Assembly: GCA_027031765.1 (NCBI GenBank)
Contig: JALVPN010000040.1
Span: 83,265 to 115,264 of the forward strand
DNA length: 32,000 nt
Source: Promethearchaeota archaeon
GTDB lineage: Archaea > Asgardarchaeota > Thorarchaeia > Thorarchaeales > Thorarchaeaceae
Direction: 5' to 3'
The position numbers were made by a program, and so were the translations under genes. The notes under the pieces are model-generated. The model was not told the origin of the DNA. It did not search any database and saw only the letters and a list, made by a program, of their open reading frames with translations. This document shows, in pieces, positions 28,577-32,000 of this stretch; position 1 is the stretch's first letter; every line of letters begins with the position of its first letter.

Positions 28577-30502
28577 CTATTCAGAAACTGGGCCCTCGTC
28601 CGAGAGTATCGTTTCAATCTCCCGGGCAATCAGATCCCTCACGACTTTCCCGTCAACACGACCCCGCAGCTCCTTCATAGCCACGCCCATGAGGCCGCTA
28701 AGCGCATGTTCTCTATGTTCTAGTACGAAGGCAACACGTTCACGGACAATCTCTGCAACCCGTGCAGATACTTCGCTCATGTCAATACGGCGTAACCCGA
28801 GCTCGTTCACTGCATCATCGACCGTTCCTGTCGGGTTCTCGGCCAAGTGACTCAGGATTGGTACAATGGCCTTGGGGTCTACAGTACCACGTGATATGGC
28901 AATGAACAAGTCGACCAAGTGATCTTGAGCCAATCGTTCTGTTGGCACATTGTCGCGGTGGAGACTGACCAGTGTGTCAAGCAAGGTCGACGCAACTAGT
29001 GTTGGAGAGGCCCCCGTTTTACTGACAATCTCTTCGAACTCATCCCAGTGCACAGACCGTACAAGTTTTGATGCAAGCTCTTCGCTGAGCCCGTAGTCGC
29101 GCACGAAACGTGCCTGTTTGGCCTCAAGTGTTTCCGGCATCATACGCCGAATCCGTTCAAGACGCTCGGCAGTCACCACAACGGGCCGGACATCTGTTTC
29201 AGGATACATGCGTTCTGCTCCAGGCCGTGGGCGTGCATATTTGGATCCACCATCAGGGAGTGGAGTACGGGTTTCGGCCGGAACACCACACAGTGCAACA
29301 CGAGCACGATCTGCAACCGCCTTCAGTGCGGCCTTGGCACGCTCATATGGTGCGGCGACAATTATCACAGCATCATCAGGACTGGCGCGTACTGCCTCAC
29401 GTAGCTGTAGCACCTCATCCTCAGATATACCATATTTGGGCAACTCGTCTGTATGAAACAGCCCTGAAACACCACCCCAGAACCGGGCATAGTCTGCGAG
29501 TTCCGTTCCAAAACGTCGTCCGGGCTGCAGTTCTCTTCCGACCAGACCCGCAAAGCCGGGAAGTCGAAGTGCAAGAACGACCCCACCAGCAGCGGTAGTC
29601 CTACGAATTACCTTCGATTTGCTGTTAACGAACACATCTGTTACGTCGTGAATGTCTTCAGTCAAGCTTGATGCAGTCACATCCCGACGCTGGAGCTCGT
29701 CGCGGATTTCAAGCAGACGCAATTGCCGTAGAGCCTCAAGCTCTACAACACGAGCGAGCATCCCGAGCTCCTGGAGGCCCTTGATTTCAGTCACTGCACC
29801 GTTGCGTATAGAAACATTGATGTCCTGGCGGATTGTGCCAAGTCCTCGTTTCACCCGTCCAGTAGACCTCAGGAGATAGCCAATCTGGAAGGCGACTTGC
29901 TGTGCCGCCTCGGGAGAGGTTATGTCGGGTGCGGTAGCAATCTCAATCAGAGGGATACCGAGACGATCCAATCTGTATACCCTCATGTTCTGGCGGTCAT
30001 CCTCGGACATCTTCCGGGCCGCATCCTCTTCCAAGCAGATTGTCTGAATTCCAATCCGTGTAGTATTCACAACCATATGGCCATCCATGGCAATCACGGC
30101 GGTTCTCTGGAACCCGGATGTGTTGCTGCCATCAATGACTATCTTTCGCATGGGATGAATTTCATCAACGGGTTTTGCATCAAGAAAAGTTGCCATTGTC
30201 AGACAGATGTCGATGGCATCCTCACACATCTCATGCGGGGGCTCCTCATCAGCCTCGACCAGACATGTGGTGTCACTGTAATACTCGTAACAGAATAGCT
30301 TCTTCTTCTTGAACTCAAAGAGTGCCGCAGGATCCACCTCACCCATTTCACTCTGAGTCGGACGCAACCGGCGTACAAAGGTGCCATCGGGTGCATCATC
30401 ACGGATGACCGGAGGACAGTGACAGAACAGTTTTCGCCGAGTATCCAGTTGTTGGTGGAGTTCCAGACCCACTTTGAGACCGATGTCCTTGTAGTCTGGC
30501 AC
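28577..30502 (-). CDS. gatE: Glu-tRNA(Gln) amidotransferase subunit E
   Basis: GLKVGLELHQQL, KIVIDGSNTSGFQRT, CLEEDAAR, RLDRLGIPLIEIAT, RPRPGAERMYPETDV. GTG start at 30502 after GGAGGTG. Confidence 0.97.
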   Translation of the reverse strand: MPDYKDIGLKVGLELHQQLDTRRKLFCHCPPVIRDDAPDGTFVRRLRPTQSEMGEVDPAALFEFKKKKLFCYEYYSDTTCLVEADEEPPHEMCEDAIDICLTMATFLDAKPVDEIHPMRKIVIDGSNTSGFQRTAVIAMDGHMVVNTTRIGIQTICLEEDAARKMSEDDRQNMRVYRLDRLGIPLIEIATAPDITSPEAAQQVAFQIGYLLRSTGRVKRGLGTIRQDINVSIRNGAVTEIKGLQELGMLARVVELEALRQLRLLEIRDELQRRDVTASSLTEDIHDVTDVFVNSKSKVIRRTTAAGGVVLALRLPGFAGLVGRELQPGRRFGTELADYARFWGGVSGLFHTDELPKYGISEDEVLQLREAVRASPDDAVIIVAAPYERAKAALKAVADRARVALCGVPAETRTPLPDGGSKYARPRPGAERMYPETDVRPVVVTAERLERIRRMMPETLEAKQARFVRDYGLSEELASKLVRSVHWDEFEEIVSKTGASPTLVASTLLDTLVSLHRDNVPTERLAQDHLVDLFIAISRGTVDPKAIVPILSHLAENPTGTVDDAVNELGLRRIDMSEVSARVAEIVRERVAFVLEHREHALSGLMGVAMKELRGRVDGKVVRDLIAREIETILSDEGPVSE

Positions 30503-30503
30503 C

Positions 30504-31853
30504 TCAGTCTGCACCTCCGGGGGACGTATAGAATGTGTACTCACTACGGTCAGACATCTCGCCAACAAGTGGTCTGCGCATGAGTGCACAGACCTTATCA
30601 GGCTGCTTCACATTTGCAAGCAGCCACATCAGTTTGGTAAGGGCTGTTTCTGGGAGCATGTCGCCACAAGGTATGACGCCCATCTCTTGCAGTTCAACAC
30701 CAGGACGATATACATTCATGTTGACACGACCGTGAATGCATTGGCTTGTCATGGCGACAATGACGCCAGAGTCTATTGCCTCCTTGAGTGACGCATGCAA
30801 GTGAACGGGGGCATGACCGAGTCCGGTCCCCTCCAATACGATACCGCGCACTCCGTTCTGAAGCAGTGTGTCAATCATCATCTGGGGGATTCCAGGATAC
30901 ATCCTTAGGAGGACAACCCTATCCTCAAAACGGGGCCGGACTCGCACTTTCCGTGTCGTGTCCCGACGCCTGAGAGGACTGGCGATTTCGAAGATTTCGG
31001 TTCCACGTACGCGGTACAAGGGATGTGCATTTACAGATTGGAACGCGTCTCTGCGGCTCGTATGTAACTTTCGGACCCGGGTGCCCCGATGAGCTATTGC
31101 TGTACGGTCATCTGTCGTGCCATGCATCACAACCATGACCTCCGCAGCATCCGCATGCCCTGCGACAAGAACAGATGCGACTAAGTTCATGGCTGCGTCA
31201 GATGATGGCCGATCAGATGACCGTTGGGAGCCGACGAGTACAACTGGTACAGGCAAGCCCTCAAGTGCGAAAGAAAGGGCAGCGGCTGTGAACCCAAGTG
31301 TGTCTGTACCATGCGCAACAACAATACCATCAACGCCTTTGCGCACTTCAGTCGCAACAGCACGTGCAATGCGACCCCAGTCTGATGGGTGGATGTTTTC
31401 TGAAAGACGACTCATCAGGACTCTGGCGTTGATACTTGCGAAGGTTTCAAGCTCTGGGACTGCCAAGTAGAGGTCTTCAGCTGTCAGGGCAGGGCTGACT
31501 GCCCCCGTAAAATAGTCCACTCTACTGGCAATCGTACCGCCAGTGCTAAGGATTGAAACCGTTGGCAGTGATGGGGCTGGATGAGCTGCTGCGCGTCCGG
31601 GACGGGGAGCACGCCTGACGCGTTTCACTCGTTTGATAGACTTGACTCGACTGAGGTTCACACCAATGTTGTAACCGTTCGCCAGCTTGATTACTATGTG
31701 ACTGGGATTGCTGCCCACCTGGCTGCGGGGCATCAGAACCCCTTCGTACTCTGTGTCATGACAGGTCAGACGGACTATGTCACCGACCTTGACACCAGTA
31801 GAAGTCAGTCTTGCCAGTACCAGTCCCCGATAGCCAGACTCCTTCAAGCTCAT
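30504..31853 (-). CDS. gatD: Glu-tRNA(Gln) amidotransferase subunit D
   Basis: IKLANGYNIG, STGGTIASRVD, HGTDTL, SQRSSDRPSSDA, RKLHTSRRDAF, GTGLGH. Start placed at ATG 31853. Confidence 0.97.
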   Translation of the reverse strand: MSLKESGYRGLVLARLTSTGVKVGDIVRLTCHDTEYEGVLMPRSQVGSNPSHIVIKLANGYNIGVNLSRVKSIKRVKRVRRAPRPGRAAAHPAPSLPTVSILSTGGTIASRVDYFTGAVSPALTAEDLYLAVPELETFASINARVLMSRLSENIHPSDWGRIARAVATEVRKGVDGIVVAHGTDTLGFTAAALSFALEGLPVPVVLVGSQRSSDRPSSDAAMNLVASVLVAGHADAAEVMVVMHGTTDDRTAIAHRGTRVRKLHTSRRDAFQSVNAHPLYRVRGTEIFEIASPLRRRDTTRKVRVRPRFEDRVVLLRMYPGIPQMMIDTLLQNGVRGIVLEGTGLGHAPVHLHASLKEAIDSGVIVAMTSQCIHGRVNMNVYRPGVELQEMGVIPCGDMLPETALTKLMWLLANVKQPDKVCALMRRPLVGEMSDRSEYTFYTSPGGAD

Positions 31854-32000
31854 GAGCGCACACCTATTGAAACATGAAACGTAGTGCCTGTGGGCATCAT
31901 CAGTGAAATGATGGAGATTGCTCCTTGCAGGGTACTGCCGCTGTGTAGGCTTTGAGACGCATGCAGTGGGCATGGCACCAATGGCAAACATACCTGCTGT

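Noticed and set aside
31854-32000. Minus-strand frame ending in an ATGA overlap with gatD
   Set aside because: Only ~49 codons visible, no recognisable motif; cannot be told from chance at the window edge.

Overview
Archaeal core-genome window with no mobile element or CRISPR array. An unsplit rpoB with split rpoA1/rpoA2, rpl30e-nusA, gatDE, KEOPS genes and BHB-type tRNA introns show it is archaeal. An Asgard (Thorarchaeia-like) origin is my impression from protein style only and needs a phylogenetic check. Gene order: pyrG (5'-truncated), nurA-herA, tRNA-Arg, rpiA, SIS sugar isomerase, tRNA-Lys, rpoB-rpoA1-rpoA2, rpl30e-nusA, kae1-bud32, rps15, UPF0148, UPF0147, FAU-1, a motif-dead RecJ/GAN(Cdc45)-like gene, pcc1, tRNA-Ser, tRNA-Leu, a 43-aa zinc ribbon, an orphan, SDR, a HEAT-repeat protein, a membrane-anchored (PGGGP)x30 protein, tRNA-Thr, DUF1294, pgk, tRNA-Met, gatE, gatD. 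Main points: (1) six tRNA genes carry six introns, three at non-canonical sites (59/60 in Lys and Met, 43/44 in Leu), and tRNA-Met has two introns plus a eukaryote-like A54/purine-60 T-loop; (2) a TM + helical + Gly/Pro pentapeptide array + C-terminal helix protein sits just upstream of a HEAT-repeat gene; (3) a stand-alone TFIIS-type zinc ribbon lacking the acidic catalytic tip, absent from the ORF track; (4) a GAN/Cdc45-position RecJ homologue with all DHH motifs lost; (5) structured non-coding elements around tRNA-Lys, at the site where rpoH usually lies. All RNA structures were folded by eye and all family calls come from motif recognition, not database searches.
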